Assembly (NCBI GenBank): GCA_963575745.1
Contig: CAUYUJ010000078.1
Span: 62,001-118,649 of the forward strand
Length of the DNA stretch: 56,649 nt
Origin: Prorocentrum cordatum
Lineage: Eukaryota
Direction: 5' to 3'
The position numbers and the translations under genes were made by a program. Shown here piece after piece: positions 10,501 to 17,967 of this stretch. Each line of letters opens with the position of its first letter. The stretch's first letter is position 1. The notes below the pieces were generated by a model. The model did not search any database, was not told the origin of the DNA, and saw only the letters and a list, made by a program, of their open reading frames with translations.

Positions 10501-10738
10501 CGCTCGGCTGTCCTGGAGTAGGAGGCGCAGTCGTCGGCTCAGGGTCATCGACGAGCATAGGCTGCCTAGCAATGTTACGCATGGCCGTATGGTTTGGCCT
10601 CATCCCCAGCTCCTGGAGATTCCATCCTGGCGGGGGAAAATCATGACCACGCATAGCCATGGCCATTTCCAGGGCACGACGCCATCTACCATGGGAGTAT
10701 ATCAAGTGTCTCTGCACTTCCTGAGGATTTACTGTCAA
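4574..10738 (-). CDS. Polyprotein middle part (2054 aa): low-complexity linkers, Tpt1/KptA domain, RING-H2 finger, retropepsin-like protease
   Basis: Long ORF overlapping the gag ORF end with a +1 frame offset (~10686-10745); the domain motifs are listed as separate features. Confidence 0.85.
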   Translation of the reverse strand: MTVNPQEVQRHLIYSHGRWRRALEMAMAMRGHDFPPPGWNLQELGMRPNHTAMRNIARQPMLVDDPEPTTAPPTPGQPSDAQTPAMQGNLLLPDAPMAIIIGSSTSEEVEGDGCGLDEDDVTILMMDVTGEEEVDFDPDESESSSPSAQEPLAPSSTQQGDLPPSSDPSGIAEEPPQAPPTGAAPAASAASSDENTRRSRSHTRVREEPHPQARLPREWRQAGPKEHALRRGGQLLPHNDPRRRKGEHSAFGQGNPAYRDGDGRPIRGGYQLATNIRRPEIQEARTQLRDIIAARKQYRPHAACGPCSQPFQNHRPGCPVGNNEGLSPNRGKTPPKEGHPPLDPMTPEEIAVVNSRLGISGHLDPKEEEKPTPAPRGMVAMTQEEKDALFSLPGMRGNSPGVSSQSQQPEPIIKDETKAQRVAEDEERIRTVEERTREATRKMLEDSSTIYMKGARKPPLPLTSKAKSEPPTPKPSPEPKPKASSQSLGPDVHMEVPRSATPRPPIGATPPQAFVPKQQPQDPMEERRRPLSRSKSIAKRAAAFERSGYAPAPASPVAARSRRSDEGAMSRGNWVPKIRGSASRASPRGNPPGAAAAASSSSGAAASSATEAPMRGNPPVVQLHHPSDTSFTSGTPDLIRGRLALRKLPPIRSVDESFMKECRKAGILPTSNDALKKLSKALSRICRHAPDKSHNPVWRLRSCDDHDGWINLVELVADFPWNTGHSRHAGHNPKYDEAKVISEQLYGRSVDQLAAIMMEVVHVREPDGEEKQRLQFKVLMRDSGEPAIFVRASQGHSWTLKAPWSLYSYIVLCDEPAGRPAPYPEVAMHGTRWHAFEGIMWYGLSCRPEHNTKERGTGRSHIHFVPTVRRRAVNSGWDPDSDLVIFVDWRKAIQDGMKFCWSDNGVLLSEGDNGIIEPYYISHVEDLTTGRQWRNPEYLGSRRVRVSVSTMTASDRWADVGNSSIKYQWSRDQEGADPAMIYLHRDVGDHYSPTQLGNQPEIFRIFMITESEAGSAAPSRAPSQGPSAVSWQAISTSDLHQIAASLNPDQVEQLADRLYQQDPWAAGQGAMSAMATRNRQAMQGNLPTSGPARFEPMHASPTQSMHTPRGMTPSGTPPAQSPFGTPVRPAVNGTLMERLAAARADHSTALLNMMPPGTPTSQQGNLPGTPSHHRAGIPDDYRSRVAAAVQQVQNHNLPHPSGQRWRPAWSWEPEGPNPRDPARQRAFIPAFNAHPSMSQGQRPPPTQMNPPLYPDGTRVPNKFVRELADQMHNLTNVRCSDHSMYPHMAFMPSPTSPEVVVQPTAHSISSGSRGVPDYIRQTHHTQQACFRRRQAVQSVRDQSRAAALDVVRNRGSPLRGNSPAVTPTTSMPNVEVQEVLNPAGTPPSAFMPSETVLERQRRVYPRVADVEVFTGMEDTCAVCLEEFQPRDSVYRLRCNHLFHEGCWNSNVVGHVTNQRGGDPQQPPCAICRAPGIITSSFPWTGSLSQTPEQSARELRELRSMVEEMTTRMLALQTVSSHQQGHLPEEVRPPLATGYFDQLIPMTAPQQGNLHDTPQMSPQSGGEAEMSLGPDQLRELRVRHFQNQMGNTHTTLMLDANNPETDSPSLDLSESSAASAATAARAVNIPATNEEFEEWLRYRDHVTNEGLQDIALHSYLTLIRRTTREQYMSIRDEYANWREERGDHAQHVSYFQYIDLARMAESESHASVVRGNPPGSTNVPRGNPPTDTADTSETVHIKQPSKTFLDDGGNSILIDVGSKINIMGENTSRKFVQAAESHGRACTFEPRSRLHINGVGEGSAPADTVGTFSIACEYQGSAQHDSYKTNIVSGCGKDLPAILGLDSMQDKRTIIVLERGQEKLIFPGKGQVKMELPEGSKIMPTTKLPSGHLSIRCDCFGAAGQPASSSSSTSFQTVLTGEPTPAQERNQLQGNLPQGLMETLAKATMRGDNIDDLETFDCFVARTLALHGGSVPMDAVQSRRKIVMGYTNRELHTVSDARSKGVLKQLMDNPSMLTAFAEQSASEATARCSAELQHLREAQMLADIVGTSSSS
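5180..5480 (-). other. Retropepsin-like aspartic protease domain
   Basis: ILIDVGSKINIMG active-site-like motif (DVG instead of D[ST]G), flap-like INGVGEG, C-terminal LPAILGLD. Confidence 0.75.
6321..6483 (-). other. RING-H2 (C3H2C3) zinc finger
   Basis: CAVCLEEF...LRCNHLFHEGCW...CAICR, i.e. C-x2-C...C-x-H-x2-H-x2-C...C-x2-C. Confidence 0.88.
7960..8715 (-). other. TPT1: Tpt1/KptA (PTS_2-RNA) NAD+-dependent RNA 2'-phosphotransferase domain inside the polyprotein
   Basis: Family motifs in the correct order: LSKALSRICRH, DGWINL, KQRLQF, RASQGHS, HGT, GL, RSHIHF, SG, VIFVD, GMKF, SDNGVLL, GII. Confidence 0.9.
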
Positions 10739-13304
10739 TGAGAGTCAAAGCTGCCAAGAGTAGCTCTGAGCTACCGCAAGCATCATTATCTTGTTCTGTC
10801 ATAATACCAGCTTCAAATTGTTCTTGACTCTCAGGATATGCAATTGCAAGTATCTCATGCATCCACATGAGGGTCTGCAAAAGTGCACGCGGTCCATATT
10901 CGCCTGGAGCAAGCGAACCAGGAGGTATGAACGGAGAACCTGGTTCGCCTGCAATGAAGGCCTGAACAAATGCTTGAGACTCCATTTCAATGAAGTCTTC
11001 AGTGGTCTGGGGATATTCCCCCATCAAAGAAGGCCTGTTTCCAGGCGGGATTTCGGGCGGATGTTCGAGGTTCCGTTGAACCTCGGAAGGCGAAGCCTCT
11101 ATAATGGTGTCCTCGTCGTCGCTCTCGTAGGCCATGATGTTGCCTGGGTTCCCGAACATCCAGTCGAGGAAGGAAAGAGGCTCGTTTCCGAGCGTACCGT
11201 GTTCCACGGGAGTGAGTTCATTACTGCCCGTGACGAACCGGCGGACGTACTCGAGGTAATACGCGTATAATCCATGACCATACCCCTCGAGCTCGTCAAT
11301 GTTGTCCACGCCAACGACCCATGTGAAAAATATCTGTTCCATAGCCTCAAAGTCCTGGAGGCTCAGATACTCAATGGATGGTGTGCTTGAGCCGAAATGG
11401 ACTTCGGACGACATGCCCTTTCCATTTCCCTTCGCTGGACAATCTCGCACAAGATGATCGGCACTACCACATTCATGGCATTTGAGAACCTGGCCGTCTC
11501 TAACTCGCGGGTTTCCCCGCCTACCTTTACCTTTACCTGAGGTCTCTCTACGGCCTTTACCACGGCCTTTTCCCCCAAAGAATATCTCATCATGTTGTTC
11601 ATCGGAGAGCCTCTGGAGAAATGCCGCGATACCTCGCCCGTTCAACCTCCGACGACCACGCTTGCCTTTGCCCTTTCCTTTAAAACTCCTACGTATCCTC
11701 CTTCTGACACGACGCACTGGTTTTCGTGTGAACCTCCTCCACCTTCGTTTAGCCTGTTGTAACAGCCAGAATAAATGCTCAGCACGCTGATTGTCATTAT
11801 CCAGATTCATGATATCTGACCAATCTAGAGCTTCAACACCATCTGATGATATAGTGTCTGTATCGGTGCCGGAGTCGAAATCTTCGTCTCCTAAATAGGT
11901 GGATACACCGTCGGTTAGGGGATTTGATTCCCCCCATAACGAGCGGTGTGGTTGTGGTTCTCTAGAGGGAGGGCTGGTTGCCCAGCTTGGTTGTGATCGA
12001 TCCCCTGCTAGTAAAGCAGTGGCTTCTCCTGAATCGTCGGCCCATATGTTTGAGGGCCCGTTTCCAGGCTGGGCTTCAGTGGTCAAGGTAGTGTAGAAAT
12101 TTCCACTACCAGATCCTCTTCCTCTTCCAAACACGGATCCTATGTTACCAGGAGATCGTTCGGATAGGTGGCCTACCGAACGCATTCTCTCCAGCAACTC
12201 ATCATACTGTTGTTGTGTTCGAGGCATTTGGTGATTGAGTGGCTGTAAGAGTTGCATGGCCTTCTGGTTGCCGACGCCTAGGGCGCGGAATAGGATAGTA
12301 GTTAACAGTTGGAAGTTGGGAAGGTCGAATCCCACCGACTGTGCCTCAAGTCGGGCCATTTCGAATCGGGTAAGAGTAACATCGATTCGTTCCCCGTGAG
12401 GCACATGGAAGTCAATAAGTTGTGTGCCGGAAGTGAGCTGTCGCTCATCTTCCAGGCGTTCGAATTTCATGCTGAGGAGAAACATAATATAAGTTACTGG
12501 GTCTGTGTGGACCCCGTCGATATCAGCGCCATAGTTTATGATGTCAGGCGGTACCCTCATGGCGAGTGTCCTCGCTAGGCCTCCCAGGCCGCGTTGTATT
12601 GCGGCCGCTTGGGCCTGTGGCGTCATACGTCCGCTTGTAACGTTGGGCCACGCGTTGACCTCGTAAATGTACTCACGAAAAGGTACATTACCCTGAGGGT
12701 CCCAATATGGGCCATGTGTTTGCCCATCGGTGCTGTTATCTCCCCGACGCATGCGTGCGATTGCTGCCCCCAGCGCGAACCATATGATAGCGAAAACGAT
12801 TAGCCCGAGAATGTGTAACGAAGGACGGTTATGATGAGCGGTGTCGCGCTGGGGTAGCGCCTTGTCGAGTCTTCGAGGCGCTCTGTCTGGCGGGTTTCCC
12901 CGCCCTTGCTTCAGGTATTGCGTTATTGGCTCGTTGCCGAGCGGTTGATAGTAACGCAATGATGAAGCGTATATGGTACCAATCTGGTCGTCTAGACGTC
13001 GTACCTCTCGTGTAGCTTCTTGCTCTTGAATAGATCCTCGTAAATGTACTGGGAGTGGTGGCGCAGGGTAGTAGGTGGTCACGAAGATCGTGCCGAAGAA
13101 TGTGAGGCTGAGAAGAGCAAGAGCTGACCACACGAGAGTGCGGCCAGCTCCGCTACCAAGTCGAAAGTGAGCCTGGTAACTCAAATAAGGCATATAGCCT
13201 GGCAAATAGCATCCATCGCTCTGCTGTGAGGGTACAGTATGAGGGGTGGATGGGTAAGATAGGATAAGATCGATGTAATGATCTTTCCAGCACATAGCGA
13301 ACAC
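10686..13304 (-). CDS. gag: Gag-like polyprotein N-terminal part, with CCHC zinc knuckle
   Basis: Capsid-like segment GPYWDPQGNVPFREYIYEVNAW...QAAAIQRGLGGLARTLA; basic KGKGK/RR tract; knuckle CHECGSADHLVRDC (~11439-11480). The true start may be the internal Met of MRRGD (~12753). Confidence 0.85.
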   Translation of the reverse strand: MFAMCWKDHYIDLILSYPSTPHTVPSQQSDGCYLPGYMPYLSYQAHFRLGSGAGRTLVWSALALLSLTFFGTIFVTTYYPAPPLPVHLRGSIQEQEATREVRRLDDQIGTIYASSLRYYQPLGNEPITQYLKQGRGNPPDRAPRRLDKALPQRDTAHHNRPSLHILGLIVFAIIWFALGAAIARMRRGDNSTDGQTHGPYWDPQGNVPFREYIYEVNAWPNVTSGRMTPQAQAAAIQRGLGGLARTLAMRVPPDIINYGADIDGVHTDPVTYIMFLLSMKFERLEDERQLTSGTQLIDFHVPHGERIDVTLTRFEMARLEAQSVGFDLPNFQLLTTILFRALGVGNQKAMQLLQPLNHQMPRTQQQYDELLERMRSVGHLSERSPGNIGSVFGRGRGSGSGNFYTTLTTEAQPGNGPSNIWADDSGEATALLAGDRSQPSWATSPPSREPQPHRSLWGESNPLTDGVSTYLGDEDFDSGTDTDTISSDGVEALDWSDIMNLDNDNQRAEHLFWLLQQAKRRWRRFTRKPVRRVRRRIRRSFKGKGKGKRGRRRLNGRGIAAFLQRLSDEQHDEIFFGGKGRGKGRRETSGKGKGRRGNPRVRDGQVLKCHECGSADHLVRDCPAKGNGKGMSSEVHFGSSTPSIEYLSLQDFEAMEQIFFTWVVGVDNIDELEGYGHGLYAYYLEYVRRFVTGSNELTPVEHGTLGNEPLSFLDWMFGNPGNIMAYESDDEDTIIEASPSEVQRNLEHPPEIPPGNRPSLMGEYPQTTEDFIEMESQAFVQAFIAGEPGSPFIPPGSLAPGEYGPRALLQTLMWMHEILAIAYPESQEQFEAGIMTEQDNDACGSSELLLAALTLIDSKSSGSAETLDILPW
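11386..11408 (-). other. Relic dinoflagellate spliced leader inside the gag ORF
   Basis: TCCGAAGTCCATTTCGGCTCAAG versus DinoSL TCCGTAGCCATTTTGGCTCAAG: 2 substitutions plus 1 insertion; translates as EVHFGSS. Confidence 0.65.
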
Positions 13305-13385
13305 AAGCAGTGTCCGGGCAAATAGGACGCGCGTGCCTTGAGCCCAAGGCAGCGGCGCGCGAGCTATGCTCCCGATACTGTAACA
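13274..13385 (-). repeat. Candidate short 5' LTR (~112 bp)
   Basis: On the minus strand it starts TGTTA (13385) at the element/satellite boundary and ends TTACA (13274), and contains a TGCCTTG-GGCT-CAAGGCA hairpin. The second LTR is not in the window and no canonical TGG primer-binding site follows, so the inner boundary is uncertain. Confidence 0.4.
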
Positions 13386-13399
13386 TATCCCAAAGAGCT

Positions 13400-13835
13400 A
13401 CCCTTAAAGTCCTGAGAGGCCCCCAAGATGCGTCCCAAGACGGTCCCTGGACGCAGACATGTACGTATTCCCGTCGTGAAACGTACAATGTTCACACATC
13501 CGCCTTCTGGGCTTTCCGACGCTCCTAGACGGCCCAAGAGGCCCCGAAAACCGCCCCAAGACGGCCCAAGAGGCCCCCAAGACGGCCCCGCGACGGTCCA
13601 ATATGGCCCCAAGACGGCCCAAGAGGTCCCCAAAACGGCCCAAGAAGGCTCCAAGACGGCACCAAGAGGGGCCCAAGAGGGCAACCAACAATTCAAAAAT
13701 CTAGTTTTCCGCCCCCACGAGCCCCAGGGGGCCCCAAGAGCGCCCCAACAGGCCGCCAACGGCCCTCAAGAAACCGCCAAGACGCCCCAAGGAGCCCACA
13801 AGAGGCCCCCAGGAGGCCCCCAAAAGACCCCCAGA
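13400..13835. repeat. Degenerate GGCCC(C)AAGA satellite (related tracts at ~17400-17520, 18985-19190, 26480-26690)
   Basis: Repeated ggcccaaga/gccccaaga/cccaagacgg units of about 10-21 bp. Confidence 0.8.
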
Positions 13836-14954
13836 CGCTTCCGTATTGCGAGCCGTCACGCCAACTGCAATGCACTCCGCGCATACAACCTTACTCTTCC
13901 TCGCGACGTGCTCACTATCTTGCTCGGCGCTAATGTGCTGCTGCCGCGCGAACTGTTTCGTGCGCGCTGCGAACGTCAACAGCCTCTTCACCCGTTTCGA
14001 TTCATCTGCCACATTTTTCGCTGTGATGCTTCGCTGATCACAGCTTCCACACACTACTCTTGCTCCTTTCGTCTTCCAGTGCTCCTCCACTTGGTTGCGG
14101 GTCGAAAGGCCGACCTCCCAGAAGGACACCCCGCACCCGGGTGCACAGCACGCAAAGCGCTCGCAAAACACGCCCCAGACCACCGGCATCACGCAAACAT
14201 TTGGACCCCCTACGTATCTGCCACCACCCGCGCGCGACACCGCACCCTCACACAAGACGCCGATGGCCAGAAACTCCTGGCCTCGCAACACTCACAGAAG
14301 GGGTCGGCGGATGTGGCGTAAGCCTGTAGAGTCAATCGAAGTAACCGAAGAGGACGCGACGACGCAGGGACTCCACAACAACCGAACCGACCGAACCGAT
14401 CGATTCCAACCGACACCGACGCAACCGAACCGACCGGTTCGCGGCCGTCCATGTTATCACTCCTCCTCCACCTCCTCCTCCTCCTCCTCCCCCTCCTCCT
14501 CCTCGCCCCCTGTGACGACGACGACAGCGGCGACGACGACGACGACGACGATCGAGGCGACGACGTCTACGGCGACGCCCACAGGAACGGCGGCGGCGGC
14601 GACAACGATGGTGGCGACAACGACGGGGGCCCAACCGAAGCCAAAGGCTGGCGCCTTCCGCAGCAGCTGCTCCCCAGCGGCGGTGGGGCCGGCGGCGACG
14701 GGGGCCGCCTGGGGCAACCCTCCATGACATAGGCTCAACATCCTCCTCCTCCACTCCTCCTCCTCCTCCTCCTCCTCCTCCTCCTCCTCCTCCTCCTCCT
14801 CCTCTCCTCCTCCTCCCTCCTCCTCCCTCCTCCTCCTCCTCTCTCCTCCTCCCTCCTCCTCCTCCTCCTCCTCCTCCTCCTCCTCCTCCTCCTCCTCCTC
14901 CTCCTCCTCCTCCTACTTATTCCTCCTCCACTACCAGGAAAATTGTGTTTTGAA

Positions 14955-15210
14955 AGGATTCAAGATGACGCGGGCGCAACAGTTACGTTGATTCGCAATG
15001 GTGAAATAAGTCCCAGGCATGGCGTTCTGGCACGAATCAGGATCGTCAACCCGAAACAGTCCCGAGAACAATGCTCTGGCATGCTTCAGGGTCTTCAAAC
15101 CGTTGACTTCCAACGAAGCAGTTCCCTCAATGGAAATGAACCGTTGTAGGGGCCTATGACGAGGGGACAAAGCTTGGAGGGATGGTGAATTCCAACATCG
15201 TTGATGACTC
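14955..15210. repeat. Dispersed ~250-bp repeat, second copy at ~16160-16430
   Basis: Shared blocks acgcgggcgcaacagtta, ggcgttctggcacga, tcccgagaaca, ggcatgcttcagg, atggaaatgaaccgttgt, gtgaattccaacatcgttgatgac. Confidence 0.85.
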
Positions 15211-15754
15211 TCGGGTTTCCGCTGGTCCTCCTCCTCCTCCTCCTCCTCATCTTCCTCCTCCTCCTTCTCCTCCTCCTCCTACGCCTCCGCCTCCGCCTCC
15301 TCCTCCTCCTCCTCCTCCTCCTCCTCCTCCTCCTCCTCTTCCTCCTCCACCTCCTCCTCCGCCTCCTCCTCCTCCATCTCCTCCTCCTCCACCTCCTCCT
15401 TCCTCCTCTCCTCCTCCTCCTCCATCCTCCCTCCTCCTCCTCCTCCTCATCATCCTCCCTCCTCATCATCTCCTCTCCTCCTCCTCTCCTCCTCCTCCTC
15501 CTCCTTCCCCCCCTCCTCCTCCTTCCTCCTCCCTTCCCCTCCTCCTCCTGCTCCTGCTCCTGCTCCTTCTCCTCCTCCCCCCCCTGCTCCCCTCCTCCTC
15601 CTCCTCCTCCCCCTCCTCCTTCTCCTCTCCCCTCTTCCTCCTCCTTCTCCTCCTCCTCCTCCTCCTCCTCCTGCTCCTCCTCTTCCTTCTCCTCCCCCTA
15701 CTCCTCCTCCTCCTCCTCCCACTTTTCCACCGCCTACCCCTTCTTTAAACGAAT

Positions 15755-16127
15755 GTGCGCGGCGCACATTCGTTGTAAGAATCTGCAGGAGCTTCACGGA
15801 TTGAGGGCGGGTGGTGTTCAACATGTGGCTCTCGCCTTAGCGCCGCGCACATTCGTTTTAAATAGTTGCAAGAGCTCCACGGATTGAGGGCGGGTCGTCT
15901 TCAACATGTGGCTCTCACCTTAGCGCCGCGCACTTCCGCTTAACCGTTGCAAGAGTTTCATGGGTTGAGGGCGGTTCCTTCTCAAAATGTAGCTCTCGCC
16001 TTAGCGCGGCGCACATGGTTTTCAAAATGTGCAAGAGCTTCACGGATTGAGGGCGGGTCATTTTCAAGATGTGGCTCTCGCCTTAGCGCCGCATTCGCTT
16101 TAAACATTTGCAAGAGTTTCACGGATT
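15755..16127. repeat. Tandem repeat, ~82-bp unit, ~4.5 copies
   Basis: Unit tgcaagagcttcacggattgagggcgg...atgtggctctcgccttagcgccgc recurs near 15785, 15867, 15948, 16030, 16110. Confidence 0.9.
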
Positions 16128-17163
16128 CCCACGATCAACGTACCAGTAATGGTGCTGTGGACGGATTCAGGATTACGCGGGCGCAACAGTTATGTTGATT
16201 CGCGGTGTCGAAATCCCAAAAACGGCGTTCTGGCACGATTCTGGATCGTCAAGACGCAGCAGTCAGGTTGATACGTGGCGTTGAAATCCCGAGAACAGTG
16301 TTTCGGCATGCTTCAGGATCTTCAAACGGTTGTCTTCCAACGAGGCAGTTTCCTCGATGGAAATGAACCGTTGTGGTGGCCTATGAAGAGGGAGCGTGGA
16401 GGAAGGGTGAATTCCAACATCGTTGATGACTTTGATGATTCTTGGTTTTACACTGGTCCGGTCCTCCTCCTCCTCCTCATCCTCCTCCTCTTCGTCCTCC
16501 TCCTCCTCCTCCTACACCTCTTCCTCCCCCTCCTCCCCCTCCTCCCCCCTTGCCCTTCCCAGCTCCCCGGCCTCCCCCCCAAGCGAGGGCCTTCACCGGG
16601 GGCTCGCCGCCCGCCACGCCCGGGGGGGGCGCCTTCTTCAGCAACGGGCCGCCCGCCGACGGGGGCGCGGCCTACCGGGCCGCCGCGGCCGTCGCCGACG
16701 TCGCCAAAGCCGCCGCCGCTGCTCGGCTGCGCTTCGGAGGTCTTCGAACGGCTTGCGGCGCGTCGTGCGCACAGTCAAGCCTTAGAATAAGAATGACGCA
16801 GGATTAAGGATGTACCAGGACCTTGGAAGGCCATGACCAGGGCCTTGGAAGGCCATGCCTCCTCCTCCCCCTCCTCGTCCCTCCTCTCCTCTCCGCCTCC
16901 TCCCTCTCCTCCCCCTCCTCCTCCTCCTCCCCCCCTCCTCCTCCTCCCCCTCCTCCTCCCCTCCTCCTCCTCCTCCTCCTCCTCTCTCCTCCTCCTCCGC
17001 CTCCGCCTCCCTCCGCCTCCCTCCTCCTCCCTCCTCTCCCCCTCCCCCTCCTCCTCCTCCTCCTCCCTCCTCCTCCTCCTCCTCTCCTCCTCCTCCTCCT
17101 CCTCCTCCTCCTCCTCCTCCTCCTCCTCCTCCTCCTCCTCCTTCCTCCTCCTCCTCCTCCTCC

Positions 17164-17195
<32 letters not shown>

Positions 17196-17721
17196 TCCTC
17201 CTCCTCCTCCTCCTCCCTCCTCCTCCTCTCCTCCTCTCTCTCTCCTCCTCCTCCTCTCTCTGCTCTGCTGCTCCTGCTCTCCTCTCCTCCTCCTCCTCCC
17301 TCCTCCTCCTCCTCCTCCTCCTCCTCCTCCTCCTCCCCATAGTTCAAGATGCGGGTAGCTAAAACAAATCCCCCCCGTCGGAGGTTCAACAATAGCGTAT
17401 TGGGGCGCTCTTGGGGCGCTCCTGGGCGCCTGTTGGGCGTTTTGGGGGCCGTCTTGAAGCCTTGTGGGGCCCCTCTCGGAGCTCTCTTGGACCATCATCG
17501 GGCCGTCTTGCGGCCTCAAAAAGGCAATCGGAAGCGACAAGGCGAGAAGGTAAACAACATATATTGTCTTTAGGCTTTTGAAGGATGTTGGCATCTTGGG
17601 AGGATCCTGATGCCTGAGGGGGTTCCGAGAGAACATGGGGCCGTCTTCGAACAGCTTTGGGGCCTCTTGCAAGTCCGTCGGAGACGCCGATCAGCCGACG
17701 ATACACTACCGATCGGCCGGT

Positions 17722-17857
17722 CAGCCGATCAGCCGATCAGCGGCCGAGCAGCCGATCAGCCGATAAGACTTATCGGCTGATCGGCTGATCGGCTGCTCGG
17801 CCACTGATCGGCTGATCGGCTGATCGGCTGATCGGCTATTCGGCTGATCGGCTGATG
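17722..17857. repeat. Foldback palindrome built from GCCGATCA units
   Basis: Centre ccgataag-a-cttatcgg; the arms mirror each other, including the ggccgagca/tgctcggcc variant. Confidence 0.85.
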
Positions 17858-17967
17858 GGCTGGGCTTGAATACCACCCCGGGGTGCCGTCGCCCTGAATC
17901 GTTAGAAAACAGTCTGCGGACGATTTTCTGACAATTTTTGATGATTTTGGTGGCAATGGGGGGATTT

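Larger units (their letters stand above)
1..13385 (-). mobile_element. Ty1/copia-order LTR retrotransposon with extra cargo domains (5' portion only; RT/RNase H and 3' LTR expected beyond the left edge)
   Basis: Collinear minus-strand ORFs give Gag with CCHC knuckle, then aspartic protease, then HHCC plus DDE integrase, with no RT between protease and integrase (copia order). The frame stays open to base 1. Complex, non-repetitive sequence gives way abruptly to host satellite DNA at ~13400. Confidence 0.9.
14461..17338. repeat. Cluster of degenerate (CCT)n microsatellites (14740-14930, 15226-15720, 16460-16555, 16857-17338)
   Basis: Directly visible; source of the spurious poly-P/S/L/E/G/R ORFs. 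Confidence 0.95.

Noticed and set aside
10686..10745. Programmed gag-pol frameshift
   Set aside because: No recognisable slippery site, and the element has several other 1-nt breaks (~4395, ~4220, ~1541, ~855), so decay or sequencing indels are more parsimonious.
12755..13140. env gene
   Set aside because: The hydrophobic segments lie upstream of gag, are short and lack fusion-protein features; kept only as a possible membrane anchor.
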